A stretch of DNA of 64,000 nt from Mobula hypostoma (GCF_963921235.1 NC_086097.1:26042001-26106000); one strand, 5' to 3'. Shown: positions 35,241 through 49,670, counted from the first letter of the stretch. Notes: generated by a model from the sequence alone, not told the origin. Translations and numbers: made by a program.

Positions 35241-37185
35241 TGCAGATGTAGTCTTTAACCAGCCTCTCAAAGCATTTGCTTACAATTGAGGTGAGTGCGG
35301 CAGGGTGCCAATCATCCATACAGGACCCCCTCCAATTCGCCTACCGACGGAACTGGTCTATTGATGAAGCCATAGCTACAGCACTATACACTGTCCTCAC
35401 TCACCTGGAGAAGAGGGGGGCATATATTATAATGTTGCTCCTGGACTGCAATTCAGCATTCAACACCACAATTCCCTCCAGACTTGACAGGAAGCTCAGA
35501 AACTTCGGCCTGTATCCCATCTTGTGCAGCTGTATCCTAGACTTCCTATCGGATCGCCAACAGGTGGTAAGGATTCACCTCTGCCCCTCTGACCCTCAAC
35601 ACAGGTGCCCCCAGGGTTGTGTTCTGAGCCCCCTTCTCTACTCCCTTTACACCCATGACTGTATTGTCACACACAGCTCCAATCTGCTGATGAAATTCAC
35701 AGACGACAACACTTTGATTGGCTTTATTTCTAGCAGTGATGAGACAGCCGACAGACAGGTTGACACCCTAACACAGTGGTGCCAGGATAACGACCTCTCC
35801 CTCAATGTCCAAAAAACAAAAGAGCTGATTGTGGATTACAGGAGGAACGGAGACAGGCTCAGCCCGATCAACATCAACGGGTCTGCAGTCATAGTCATAT
35901 TTTATTGATCCTGAGGGAAATTGGGTTTCTTTACAGTTGCACCAACCAAGAATAGAGAATAAATATAGCAATATAAAACCATAAGTAATTAAATAATAAT
36001 ATGCAAGTTATGCCAGATGGAAATAAGTCCAGGACCAGCCTATTGGCTCAGGGTGTCTGACCCTCCAAGGGAGGAGTTGTAAAGTTTGATGGCCACAGGC
36101 AGGAATGACTTCCTATGACGCTCAGTGTTGCATCTCGGTGGAATGAATCTCTGGCTGAATGTACTCCTGTGCCCACCCAGTACATTATGTAGTGGATGGG
36201 AGACATTGTCCAAGATGGCATGCAACTTGGACAGCATCCCCTTTTCAGACACCACTGTCATAGAGTCCAGTTCCATCCCCACAACGTCACTGGCCTTACG
36301 AATGAGTTTGTTGATTCTGTTGGTGTCTGTTACCCTCAGCCTGCTGCCCCAGCACACAACAGCAAACATGATCGCACTGGCCACCATAGACTCGTAGAAC
36401 ACCCTCAGCATCGTCTGACAGATGTTAAAGGATCTCAGTCTCCTCAGGAAATAGAGACGGGTCTGACCCTTCTTGTAGACAGCCTCAGTGTTCTTTGACC
36501 AGTCCAGTTTATTGTCAATTTGTATCCCCGGGTATTTATAATCCTCCACCATGTCCACACTGACCCCCTGGATGGAAACAGGGGTCACCGGTTCCTTAGC
36601 TCTCCTCAGGTCTACCACCAGCTCCTTAGTCTTTTTCCAGAGGGTGAGTAGTTTCAAGTTTCTCAGTATACACATCACCAATGATCTCACCAGGACTTTA
36701 CACAGCAGCTTTGTGCCAAAAATAAAAAGCACAACAGTGCCTCTCCCACCTCAGGTGACTGAAGAAATTCAGCATGGGCCCTGAAATCCTCAAGACCTTC
36801 TACAGGGGCACCATTGACAGCATACTGTATCACCACCTGGTACAAAAACTGCACCAACCTTGATTGCTGGGCACTACAGAGAATGGTACGGACAGCCCAG
36901 CGCCTTCTGAGGACATGAGGACATTTATAGCAGCAGGTGCAGAAAGGCGGCCTGGAAGATCCTCGGGGACTCCAGTCACCTCAACCATAAACAATTTCAG
37001 CTGCTTCTGTCTGGCAAACGCTACTGCAGCATTAAAGCCCGGCTATGGAACAGCTTCTTTAGACAAGCTATTAGACTTTTAAATTCACGTCTATACATTG
37101 TAACGGAGTCATAACACAAAGATTTGTACTCCCTCACGTTATGGGATGGATGTAAGATTTACGTTTGTAAATAAATTCTAAATTC
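35241..37185 (+). mobile_element. Rex1/Babar LINE with an inverted 5' segment, inserted in a V-SINE
   Basis: [12 protein letters not shown]...SAFNTTIP...SPLLYSLYTHDC...TKELIVDYRR; 35241-35308 is antisense and encodes HPAALTSIVSKCFERLVKDYIC. Confidence 0.85.
35890..36637 (-). mobile_element. Younger Rex1-type 3' fragment nested antisense in the previous element
   Basis: Open frame KTKELVVDLRR...DNKLDWSKNTEAVYKKGQTRLYFLRRLRSFNIC...RKSFLPVAIKLYN. Confidence 0.9.
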
Positions 37186-38489
37186 ATTCCATAAAGACAT
37201 AGGAATTAGGGTTAGTAAGTTGTGGGCATGCAAGGTTGGTGCCGGTATTGTGGTGACACTTGCAGGCTGCCCAGCATATCCTCCATGCAAACGGCACAGT
37301 TCACTATACGTTTCAATGTATATGTGACAAATAAAGCTAAACTTTTGATTTCCCCAGCATGACAATCCTGCCTCCACCATATAATGCCTGTGTCATAATC
37401 ACGGAATACTGCTGCACTCCGTTCCAACCTTTCCCCAGAAAAAAACAAAGACAATTCTTCGACAACTCGAATGAGCTCTGCCAATCGTTATTAATATACA
37501 GCATTTTATAAGCAACTAATCAAGTCAGGATCAGATTTATTATCACTGACACCCGACATAAAATTTGTTGTTTTATGGCAGGGGGTGCAATACATAAAAA
37601 ATTACTGTAAGTTACAATAAGAAATATTTCAACAAAGTAAATAAGTAATGCAAAGAGAGAACCAAAATAGTGATGCAGTATTCTTGGATTCATGGACTGT
37701 TCAGAAATCTAATAGCAGAGGGGAGAAAGCTGTTCCTAAAACATTACGTGTGTCTTCAGGATTCTGCACCTCCTCCTTGATGTAGTAGTGAGAAGGGGGC
37801 ATGGGCTGGGTGTGGTGGTCGGGGTAGGGAGGTCCTTGATTAATACCACCTTCTTGAGGCATTGCCTTTTGAAGATGCCCTCAGTGACGAGGAGGCCATT
37901 GCCCATGCTGGAAGTGGCTGAGCTTACAACCTCCTGCAGCTTTTTCCAAGCCTGTGCATTGAGGCCTCCATATCAGATAATGTAACCAGGTAGAACATGA
38001 TACATCTGCAGAAATTTGCAGGGCCTTTGGTGAAATACCAAACCTCCTCAAACTCATATTGAAATATAGCAGTTATTGAGCCTTTTTTGTAATTTCATTG
38101 ATGTGTTGGGCCCGGGATAGACCTTCAAAGATGTTGACACATAGAAACTGGAAACCGCTCACTGCTGTATGTTCTCCCAACTTCCCTTTTCTGAAGTCCA
38201 CAACTAATTCCTTGCACTTCATGATTGTTATTGAGACACCACTAAACCAGCCAATGCATCTCATCCTGCACGCATCCTTAGCACCACCTGAGATTCTGCC
38301 AACAACAGTTCTGTCATTGGCAAATTGATAGATGGCATTTGAGCTGTGCCTAGCCACACAGTCATGGGTGTACAGAGAGTAGAGCAGTGGACAAGCACAC
38401 ATTCTTGAAGTGTGCTTGTGTTCACTGTCAGTTGAAGAGATGTTATTTCAAAACCAGGCTGACTGTGACCTCGCACTGAGGAAGTCAAG

Positions 38490-41400
38490 ACCATAAAACA
38501 AAGGAGCAGAAATAGGCCATACGGCCCACCAAGTCTGCTCCACCCTTCAATCATGGCTGATCCTTTTTTCTCTCCTCCTCAAACCCAATTCCCGGCCTTC
38601 TCCCTGTAACCTTTGATGCCATGTCCAATCAAGAACCTATCAATCACTGTCTTAAATACACGTAAATGACAAATTCCACAAATTCACCACCTTTGGCTAA
38701 AGAAATTTCTCCACATCTGTTTTGAAAGGGCACCCCTCTATCCTGAGGCTGTGCCCTCTTGTCCTAGACTCTCCCACCATGGGAAACATCCTTTCCACAT
38801 CTACTCTGTCTAGGCCTTTCAACATTTGAAAGGTTTCAATGAGATCCCCCCCACCCATCCTTCTGCATTCCAACGAGTACAGACCCAAAGCCATCAAATG
38901 TTCCTCCTATGATAACCCTTTCATTCCTGGAATCATCCTTGTGAACCCCCTCTCCAATGCCAGCACATCTTTTCTTGGTTGAGGGGCCCAAAACTGTTCA
39001 TAATACTCAAGATGAAGCCTCACCAGTGCCTTATAAAGCCTCAGCATCACATCCTTGCTCTTATATTCTTGAAATAAATGCTAACATGGCATTTGCCTTC
39101 CTCACCACTGACTCAACCTGCAAGTTAACCTTTAAGGTGTTTTGCACAAGGACACCCAAGTCCCTTTGCACCTCAGATTTTTGGATTTTCTCCCCGTTTA
39201 GAAAATAGTCTACACATTTATTTCTACTACCAAAGTGCATGACCATGCATTTTCCAACATTGTATTTCATTTGCCACTTTCTTGCCCATTGTCCTGATCT
39301 GTCCAAATCCTTCTGCATCCTACATGTTTCCTCAACACTACCTGCCTCTCCACCAATCTTCGTATCATCTGCAAACTGGGCAACAAAGCCATCTAGTCCA
39401 TCATCTAAATCAGCATAAAAGGAAGTGGTCCCAACACCAACCCCAGCGGAACACCACTAGTCACTGGCAGCTGACCAGAAAAGGATCCTTTTATTCCCAC
39501 TCGCTGCCTCCTACCAATCAGCCAATGCTCTCACCATGTTAGTAACTTTCCTGTAATACCATGGGTTCATAACTTGGTAAGCAGCCTCACGTGTGGCACC
39601 TTGTCAAAGGCCTTCTGAAAGTCCAAATATACAACATCCACTGCATCCCATTTATCCTTCCTACTTGTAATCTCCTCAAAGAATTCCAACAGGTTCATCA
39701 GGCAGGATTTTCCCCAAAGGAAACCATGCTGACTTTATACTATTTTGTCTTGTGTCACCAAGTACTCCATCACCTCATCTTTAAAAATTGACTCTACCAT
39801 CTTCCCAACCACTGAGGTCAGGCTAACTAGTCTACAATTTCCTTTCTGCTGCCTTCCTCCTTTCTTAAAGAGTGGAGTGACATTTGCAATTCTCCAATCC
39901 TCTGGCACCATGCCAGAGTACGTTGATTTTTGAAAGATCATTTCTAATGCTGCCACAATCTCTAACGCTACCTTTTTCAGAATCCTAGGATGCAGGTCAT
40001 CTGGTCCAGGTGACTTATGTACCTTTAGGTCTTCCAGGTTTTTGAGCACCTTCTCTCTTGTAATAGTAACTGCACCCACTTCTCTTCCTTCACACATCAG
40101 GCATACTGGCAGTGTCTTCGACAGTGAAGACTGATGCAAAATACTCATTTAGTTCATCAGCCATGTCTCCCATTATTATTTCTCCTGCCTCATTTTCTAG
40201 CAGTCTTATATCCACTCTCATTTCTCTTTTATTTTTAACATACTTGAAAAATTTACGATCCACTTTGATATTATTTGCTAGCTTGCTTTCATATTTCATC
40301 TTTTCCCTTCTAATGAATTTTTTAGTTGCTCTCTGTAGGCTTTTAAAAACTTCCCAATCCTCTATCTTCCCACTAATTTTTGCTTTGTTGTATGCCCTTT
40401 CTTTTGCTTTTTCAATAGCTTTGACTTCCTTTGTCAGCCATGGTTGTACTATTTTACCATTTGAGTATTTCTTCCTTTTTGGAATACATATGTCCTTCAC
40501 CTTCCTCATTTTTCCCTGAAACACACACTATTGCTGCTCTGCTGACATCCCTGCCAGCAGCTCCTTCCAATTTACTTTGGCCAACTCCTCTCTCATACCA
40601 CTGTAATTCCCCTTACTCCACTGAAATACTGCTACATCAGACTTTACTTTCTCCCTCATCAAATTTCAATTTGAACACAATCATATTGTGATCACTGGTT
40701 CCTGAGGGTTCTACTACCTTAAGCTCCCTAATTGCCTCCAGTTCATTACATAACACCCAATCCAGTATAGCTGATCCCTCAGTAGGCTCAACGACAAACT
40801 GCTCTAAAAAGCCATCTCTTAGGCATTCAAAAAACTCACTCTCTTGTGATTCATTACCAACCTGAAATTCCCAATTAATCTGCATCATAAAATCTCCCAT
40901 GACTACCATAACATTGCCCTTTTGACATGCCTTTGGTTTTTCATGTTGTAATCTGTGGTCCACCTTCCGGCCACTGTTGGAGGCCTGTATATAACTGCTA
41001 TCAACGTCCTTTTACCCTTGCAGTTTCTTAACTCCACCCACAAGGATTCAACATCTTCCAATCCTGTGTCACATCTCTCTACTGATTTGATGCCATTCTT
41101 TACCATTAGAACCATACCACCCCCTCTGCCTACCTTCCTATCCCTCTGATATAACGTGTAATTTTGGACATTCAGCTCCCAACTACAACCATCCTTCAAC
41201 CATGATTCTGTGATGGCCACAACAACATACCTGGCAACCTGTAATATTGCAACAAGATCATCCACTTTATTTCTTATACTACAAGCATTTAGATACAACA
41301 CCTTGAGTACCGTATTTGCAATCCTTTCTGATTCTGCATTCCTAATGTTTTGATACTCAGCCTGTTGGCTGCAACTAAGTCCCATCACCTTCCTGCCCTT

Positions 41401-44400
41401 CCTGACAGTCTGACTGCATGCTGTCTTTAATTTTTTACTGGTGATTCTCCAGGAGGTGCTCATGGAGTGAGGTTGTTTCTGGCTTCACTCCATTACCGTT
41501 ACTTTTTTTTTAACCTATGATCTCCCTTACTTAATTTATTTTTACCTACACCGGAAGATTTATTCTATACTATTGATTTATCCTTGAACTGTAACTGTGA
41601 AATTTGAAGAAATGAGCAAAGAAATAAGTACAATATCTAAAGTGCGAGATCCTAAAAATGGGAAGGACACCAACGGGAACGGGAAAAAAAAATGTGAATC
41701 CAAGCAAACTGAACTATCTTTTGATACTCTGTTGAATCTTTTAAATGAAAAATTTGAAGAATGTTAAAGTTTAACTGAAAAATTTGAACAACAACGTCAA
41801 AGTTTTAAAGAAGATTTAAAGTCAATTATGGACTCTTTAAAATCGCTTGATTGTGAAGTTAAGCAACATCAAAGTAAAATTACTGAATTGGACATTGAGG
41901 CTCGGAAGAGAGATTTGAAAATTGAGAATTTGGAGCAAAAATTATCATCGACGACTAAACAACTGGAACGTTTTAAATCCAAGATTATTGATCTTGAAAA
42001 CCGATCTAGAAGACTGAACTTACGTATACTTGGTCTCCCCGAGGATGTCGAGGAAGGAGACCCTTTAAAATTCTTCTCTCAACTTTTAAAGGATGCATTT
42101 AGCTCTGTATTCCCCGACGATCCTCCATTGCTTGACTGTGTTCACCATACATTGCGCCCCAAACAGTCCTCTGAATTTAAACCGAGGCCAGTGATCCTCC
42201 GTTTCCATTATGTTCACGTTAAAGAGCATCTCATTCGAATTGCCCGTCGGCAAGGTATGATTAAATTTCAACAATATCAGTTCCGTTTAGTGGAGGACTA
42301 CAGCCCAGAAGCAATGAAGGTGTGGCTGGCTTTTAAACCTCTGATGTCGAAATGCTACCAAACCAGACCAGCCCTATTGTATCCTGCCCGTTTAAGAATT
42401 TCTCCTTCGGAGGGTCCACGTTGTGCCTTCCATTCCACAAGTGCAGCTCGAAGTTTTCTGGATGAACACTATTCAACTGCTACGCATACTTCGCTCTTAA
42501 GTCTAGCTCTCGCAGCATCAGCTCTGTTTTTATGTGCTTTTTCTTTAAAGCCTATAATCATTGTATGAAGAAGGTCTTTCATAGGTTCAAGATTTTTGTT
42601 TTCGGTTAGTAGTGTAGGCATTTTACACATCTCAATTAAAGTTTTTTTTCTTGATGATTTCACTTTTCTTTACTTTGTTAATTCCTAATTATTTGATTTC
42701 TGACATTGTCACCAACAATTTCATGGTGAATTTCTATTGTATGGAGGAATACCTTGTTTATTTTTTGCTTCGTATAATTAAGATGGCGGTCTGTTTCCCT
42801 TCTTTCATAATATGTTTTGTTCTTTTCACTACACCATCTTTTCAGGTTCCTTCTCCCCATAATTCCTTTCTTTTTTTTTTGAAGTGCCATTTTCAATTAT
42901 TTATGTTTGTAATTGATCAATAATATGCATCAGCACTTACTTTGTTTTGTTCAGTGTTTAATTTTTTTTGGATTTCGGGGGGGGGTTCTCTTTTTAACAT
43001 ACATCTTTGGAGTTGCCTTCTGGAGAAATGGGGGTAGATTTAGTATTAGTTCTTAGTTCTTTTTCTAGCCCTTTCTGGCTTAGTTTCGGGACTTTAGGGG
43101 TGGAGGGCAGGGGGCTCTTTAACTTTTTTTTATTAATCTTTTCTATTGGGCTGATTCAGTACTACAAAGATGTCTGCAGTGTCGTGACTTCTGGTTCCAC
43201 TCTGAATATTTATTCCTCTTCCAATTTCATGAGTTTACATTATGGTTAACTCTTTATATACCAAAGGGTTGACTTTAAATTATGGCTCAGATTATTAATT
43301 TTGTCTCTTGGACTACAAATAGTTTAAACCATCCAATAAAACGGAAAAAGATTTTTAAAGTATTCCGAAGACTGAATGCTAACATTATTTTTGCACAAGA
43401 AACTCATGTGAGGAAAGCGGATAATCAACGTTTCTTTAGGTTTTGGAAGGAACTCCAGTACCAATCGAACTCCCAAGCCAAAGTGAAAGGAGTTTCAATT
43501 TTTATAGATTCTTCAATTACATTTATTCATCAAGACATTGTTTCAGATCCGAGTGGTAGATTTTTGTTAATTACTGGGTTACTTTTTAATAAAAAAGTTG
43601 CTATGGTTAATGTTTATGCTCCAAACGTGGATTATCCCAAATTTTTTAAAGCATTCATTCACTATTTTCCTAATTTAAATGAGTATATGTTGATAATGGG
43701 TGGTGATTTTAATTGTTGTTTAAATCGCCTGATGGATAGATCCGTATCTAGTCAGGCTTTACCGAATAAGTCGGCTACTCTTATTAACTCTTCTATGGTT
43801 GACTCTGGAATTTCAGAAATTTGAAGATTTCTACACCCTAAGGATAAAGAGTTTTCATTCTTCTCACATTTATCATTCTTATTCTTGAATTGACTACTTT
43901 TTTACTGACTCTCGTTTAATTCCATCTGTAATTGACTGCAATTATGATATTATTGCCATTTCTGATCATGCTCCAATGAAACTTTCTATCAAGTTAATGG
44001 ATACTTCTTCTACTATTAGACAATGGCGATTTAATTCTAATTTGCTTCAAGACCCGGATTTTGTTAAGTTTATGAAGGAACAGATTGATCTCTTCTTTTC
44101 AACTAATATTATGGAAGAAATCTCCAACGGGATAGTATGGGTCACTTTTAAAGCATATATCCGTGGACAGATTATTTCTTACTCTGTTGGTTTGAAAAAA
44201 CATTAAGAATGAAACACTTTTGTTGGTTGATAAAATTAAAGAAATTGATAAGAAATATTCTATTGCTCCTAGTAAGGAGCTTTATAAACAGAGAGTCGAA
44301 CTTCAAATGGAACACAGCTTATTATTAGCATCCTCAATTGAAAATCAATTAATGAAAACTAGAAGTGAGTTTTATATACATAGTGACAAATCAGGCATAT

Positions 44401-47400
44401 TATTAGCTAATCAATTGAAAACTGCTTTGGTTAAACGTCAAATTATCAAGATTCACAAACATGATGACACCTTGACAGTTAATCATGATGAGATAAACAA
44501 ATCTTTTCAAGAATTCTATATCTCCTTATACCACCCTGAATTTCCTCATGATCCCAACCCCATGCATGACTTTTTAAGGAAAATGAATTTTCTGACATTA
44601 TCACCCAAAGAATGTTTAACATTAGAAACTCCTATTATGGATGAAGGAATAACAGCTGTTATTTTCTCAATGAATTCCGGCAAAGCATCTGCTCCAGATG
44701 GTTTTAGAGTGGAATTTTTAAAGTTTTTTTCTTCTATTCCTTTCTCCTTGGTTATCTAGAGTTTTTAAAGAAGCAATCAGATTAGGTAAATTACCACAAT
44801 CATTCTATAGAGCTTCTATTTCTTTAATTCTTAACAAGAATAAAGATCCTACTGATTGTGCATCATATAGACCAATATCTCTCTTGAATGTAGATTCAAA
44901 AATTTTTTTCTACATTATTAGCAACTAGGTTAGAGAAGGTATTACCTCAAATTATCTCTGTGGACCAACCTGGATTTACTAAAAATCATTATTCATCTTT
45001 TAATATTAGGAGGTTAATGAATATTGTTTATACTCCTTCACTTAGTATTCTGGAATGTGTTATTTCATTAGATGCTGAGAAAGCTTTTGATAGAGTTGAA
45101 TGGCCATATCTATTTAGTGTGCTTGAGAAATTTAATTTTAGTCCGATATTTATATCTTGGATTAAATTGATATATCATACCTCTGTAGCTTCGGTTTGTA
45201 CTAATAATCAAAGATCTCCCTTTATTCGCTTATCTTGGGGTACTAGGCAGGGCTGCCCTCTTAGTCCATTATTATTTGATATTGCCCTTGAACCTTTAGC
45301 AATTGCTATCCGAGACTCACCTAACATTTTTGGTATTACCCGTGGGAATGAAATACATAAGTTATCATTATATGCAGATAACTTGTTATTATACATCTCT
45401 AATCCTGGGAAATCCATTCCTGCTATTTTATCTTTGTTGGCTCAGTTTAGTAATTTTTCTGGTTATAAATTGAACCTTAATAAGAGCGAACTATTTCCCC
45501 TAAATATGCAGGTTCCTATTTATGGATGTTTACCATTTAAATTGGTTGCCGACTTTTTTTTTTAACATATTGAGGGGTTAAAATTACCAAAAAGCATAAG
45601 GATTTATTTAAGGCTAATTTTTTACCTTTAACTGATCAGGTTAAACTTTTGTTTACTAAATGGTCACCAATGTCTCTGTCATTGATCGGTCGGATCAATG
45701 ATATCAAGATGATTATTTTGCCTAAATTTTTATATTTATTTCAGGCAGTACCAATTTTTATTCCGAAATCCTTTTTTGATAATGTTGATTCCTAAATTTC
45801 TTCATATATATGGCAGAACAAAAATCCTACGTTAGGTAAAAGACATTTACAGAAATCTAAAAAGGAGGGGCGTTTGGCTTTGCCGAAGTTTAGATTTTAT
45901 TCTTGGGCAATTAATATTCGATATTTAAAATTTTGGTTATGGGACTTGGACGTAACTTCAAGTCCACATTGGGTAAATCTTGAATGTAATTCTTTACAGA
46001 GGTTTTCATTGGGTTCTATTTTAGGGACTTCACTTCCCTTTACTCTTTCTAAATTGTATAAACAAATCGAGAACCTATAGTAAAACATACTTTACATATA
46101 TGGTTTCAATTTCGAAAATCTTTTGGGTTGAATCAATTTATTTTAGCAAGTCCTATTATATCTAATTTCTTCTTTCAACCCTCTATTATGGTTCAAGCAT
46201 ATCTGGCTTGGAAAACTAAAGGTATAGTATGATTTTGTGATCTATTTTTGGATAACTGTTTCATGTCCTTTGAACAATTATCCAATAAATATAACTTGCC
46301 TAGATCCTTTTTTTTAAAAAGATATTTACAGATTAGAAACTTTTAAAATACTGTTTCTCCTACCAACCCAAATTTATATTCAACGGATATTTTGGAAAAA
46401 AAATTTAGATTTAAATCCTTTTCAGAAAGGTGTAACAGCAACTATTTATAATATAATTATGAAAATATGTCCAGATGTATCTAACAAAGTTAAGACTGAT
46501 TGGGAAAGGGAACTTAAGATTACTTTATCGATTCAAAAATGGGAAAGAATTCTTCAATTAGTCAACTCATCTTCTATATGTGCTAAACATGCATTGATAC
46601 AGTTTAAGGTAGTGCATAGGGTTCATATGTCTAAGGATAAATTAGCTCGTTATTATTCTCATATAAATCCTGTATGCGATAGATAGCTTCTTTAACTCAT
46701 ATGTTTTGGTCATGTCTTTTTTTGAAAAAAATATTGGAAAGATATTTTTGATATTATTTCAACTGTTCTGAATATTGATTTACAACCTCACCCTATTTCT
46801 GCAATTTTTGGGTTACCAATGATAGAATCAAGCCATTTAACCTCTTCAGCTCGTCGGATGATTGCATTTCTTACATTAATGGCTAGAAGATCCATTTTGC
46901 TGAATTGGAAAGAGATGAATCCTCCCACCACATTTCATTGGTTCTCTCAAACTATGTTGTGCATAAACTTAGAAAAAATTAGAAGTGTTATTTATGATCG
47001 CTCTATTAAATTCGAAAAGACTTGGAGGCCATTTATTTAACATTTCCGTATGATGTAATTTGACCTTTTCCAGACTTATTCTATTCCATTCTAATATATG
47101 TTGAGGGGAGCGGAGTCGACGACTCTAACGATTCTTTTTTTTTATGTTACATAACAGCCCATGTCTTTTTTTTAGTTTAGTTGGTTAACACTGTTTAGGT
47201 TACTTTTCTCTTTTGGGGTATAGTTTAATATACTTTTCTTTTTCCTTTTTCATGATTTTTCCTTTTTTTTGTATATTATATTTGTATCCTGTATGATTGG
47301 GAGGTTTAATACCCATGTATCAACTGGGTTTATATTTAACTATGTTAATTATAGTATAACAATGTAATCCCAATAATGTTGTATCAATACTATGGTATGT

Positions 47401-48433
47401 TTATCATTATGAAACCAATAAAAAGATTGGGAAAAAGATTTTTTTACCATCCATCCTATCCCAAGTCCATTCACTCCAGTTCCCACCCCCTTGCCAAATT
47501 AGTTTAAACCCTCTCCAACAGCTCTAACAAACCTGCCCGCGAGGATATTAGTTTCCCTCGGGTTCAGGTGCAACCCATCACTTTTGAACAGGTCATGCCT
47601 CCCCAGAAGAGATCCCAATGGTCCAAGAATCTGCAGCCCTGCCCCCTGCACCAGCTTCGCAGCGACGCATTTATCTGCCAAATCATCCTGTTTCTACTCA
47701 CACTGGTGCATGGCATAGGCAGCAATCCAGAAATTACTACCTGGGAGGTTCTGCCTCTCAGCTTTCTACCTAACTCTCTAAATTCTCTTTTCAGGACCTC
47801 TTTGCTTTTCCTTCCTATGTCATTGGTACCAATATGTATCAAGACATCTGGCTGCTCTCCTTCCCCCTCCAAAATGTTGTGGACATGATATCTGAGACAT
47901 CCCTGACTCTGGCACCTGGAAGGCAACATACCATCCAGATGTCCCCTTCACGTCCACAGAATATCCTCTGTGTTCCCCTCACTATTGAGTCCCCTATCAC
48001 TACTGCTCCCTTCTTCTCTCTCTTTCCCTTCTGCACCATGGACCCATGCTCAGTGCCTGTAACCCATTCGCTGTGGCATTCTCCTGGGAGGTCATCCCCC
48101 ACAAAAGTATCCAAAGTGTTTTACTTGTTGTTGAGGGGAATGGCCACAGGGGTGCTCTGCTCTAACTGCCTATTTCCATTTCTCCTGACAGTCAGCCAGC
48201 TATTCACCTCCTGCAATTTCAGGAGACTACTCCCTACTTCAATTATCTCCTTACTCTCCCGTACAAGCCAAAGGTCACCTAGTTGCTGCTCCAGATCCCT
48301 AACATGGTCTTCAAGGAGCTATAGCTGGATGCATTTCATGCAGATGTAGTTCCCCAGGACACTCTGGGTCTCCCAGTTCTACAATCCGGCACAAAAAAAG
48401 CACACCACAGCCATTTAAATGGTACAGTAAGAG
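38490..48433 (-). mobile_element. Near full-length CR1 LINE (ORF1 SGNH esterase ~47499-48350; ORF2 APE-RT ~38600-41340), split by an L1
   Basis: VIGDSIVR, IHIGTNDIG, DGLHLN (esterase); VLYLNACSIRNK, AITESWL, MGDF, SDHN (APE); KSPGPD (RT); 7-bp TSD AGTCAAG at 38483-38489 and 48434-48440; many frameshifts. Confidence 0.92.
41439..47439 (+). mobile_element. Full-length (~6 kb) degenerate L1-clade LINE: ORF1 ~41612-42568, ORF2 ~43282-47040
   Basis: ORF1 coiled coil plus DLENRSRRLNLRILGLPE; ORF2 AQETH, NVYAPN, GGDFN, SDH, SLDAEKAFDRVEW, GTRQGCPLSPLLF, YADN; AATAAA and A-rich tail; TSD ~TTTTTTAC at 41431-41438 and 47440-47447. Confidence 0.93.
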
Positions 48434-48689
48434 AGTCAAGGATTCAGTTGCAGAGGCAAGTGCAAAGGCCTAGGCTTTGACGTTTGTTGATTGGTCCGGA
48501 GAGGATGATAGTGTTAAATGCTGAGCTGTAATCACTAAGCAGCAGCCCGACATAGGGTTGCAAGTATGCAAGGACTCTCTGCTGCATACAGCAGACTTGG
48601 GTATCTGCTACATCTGCAGACTCAGATAAAGGCCAGAAACGTACAGAGTTGTACAGCACTGAAACATTTCTTTCAGCTGACAGGATGTC

Positions 48690-49670
48690 TATTTGAAGAT
48701 GCCACCTCAGCGCTACAGGACTGTTTTGAAAGCATATTCAGGGAGGCATTTTGTATGCGTTGCACCATCATTCTGGTGCCTAAGAGAGCAACGGTATCTG
48801 GCCTGAGCAATTACCACACAGTGGCACTAAAGTCAACAATGATGACGTGCTTTGAATGGTTGGTAATGGATCATATAAAATCACACCCTCTGGCTGTGTT
48901 GGACCTTTCCAGTTTGCCTACCACTCAAACCAGTCCACTGATGATGCCATTCCGTCCCGTCCCACCTAGAAAATGATATGTCAGAATGTCAACACAAGGA
49001 AATCTGCAGATGCTGGAATTTCAAGCAACACACATAAAAATTGCTGGTGAACGCAGCGGCCAGATGCTGCCTGGCTTGCTGCATTCACCAGCAATTTTTA
49101 TTATGTGTGTTGCTAAAATGTTGTTCATTGATTTCAGCTCGACATTTAACACTATCATTCCTCAGAGGCTGGTGGGTAAACTGTCCTCAATGGCACTCAA
49201 CACCCCGCTCTGTAACTGGATCTTGGACTTCTTGATGGAAAGACCCCAGTCAGTTTGAGTTGGCAGCAACAACTCAAGCTCCATCACACTGAGCACAGGT
49301 GCCTTCCAGGGCTAAGTGCTTAGTCCTCAGTTCGTGCTGAAGCCTCAATTCACAATGCAATGCCTGATCGAAGTCAAACCACATCAAGTTTGTTGATGAT
49401 ACAACAGTGATTGGTCTCATTGGCAACAATAATGAGTCAATGTACAGAGGAGGTAGACAGTCTTGTCAAATGGTATAAAAACAACAACAACCTGAAAAAT
49501 GTGGACAACACAAAAGAGATGATTATGGACTTCAGGAAGGCACAGGTTAACAATTCTCCATTGCACATCAACGGCTCTGCCGTGGAGAGACTATAAAGCA
49601 CAAAGTTCCTTAGTGTGCACCTAACGGACAACATAACATGGACCCACAACACTTCCTCATTAGTCAAGGT
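48690..49670 (+). mobile_element. Degenerate Rex/Babar RT fragment containing a small Penelope-derived palindrome (~48990-49114)
   Basis: [51 protein letters not shown]. Confidence 0.8.

Larger units (their letters stand above)
33872..48748 (-). repeat. Copy B of the inverted duplication, expanded by three later insertion complexes
   Basis: Pieces 33872-33991, 34741-35238, 37186-38489 and 48434-48748 join into the reverse complement of 6751-9667 minus the Harbinger. Confidence 0.9.

Noticed and set aside
47499..48114. SGNH/GDSL esterase as a captured host or bacterial gene (also 60514-60921)
   Set aside because: The esterase is the normal ORF1 domain of this CR1 type
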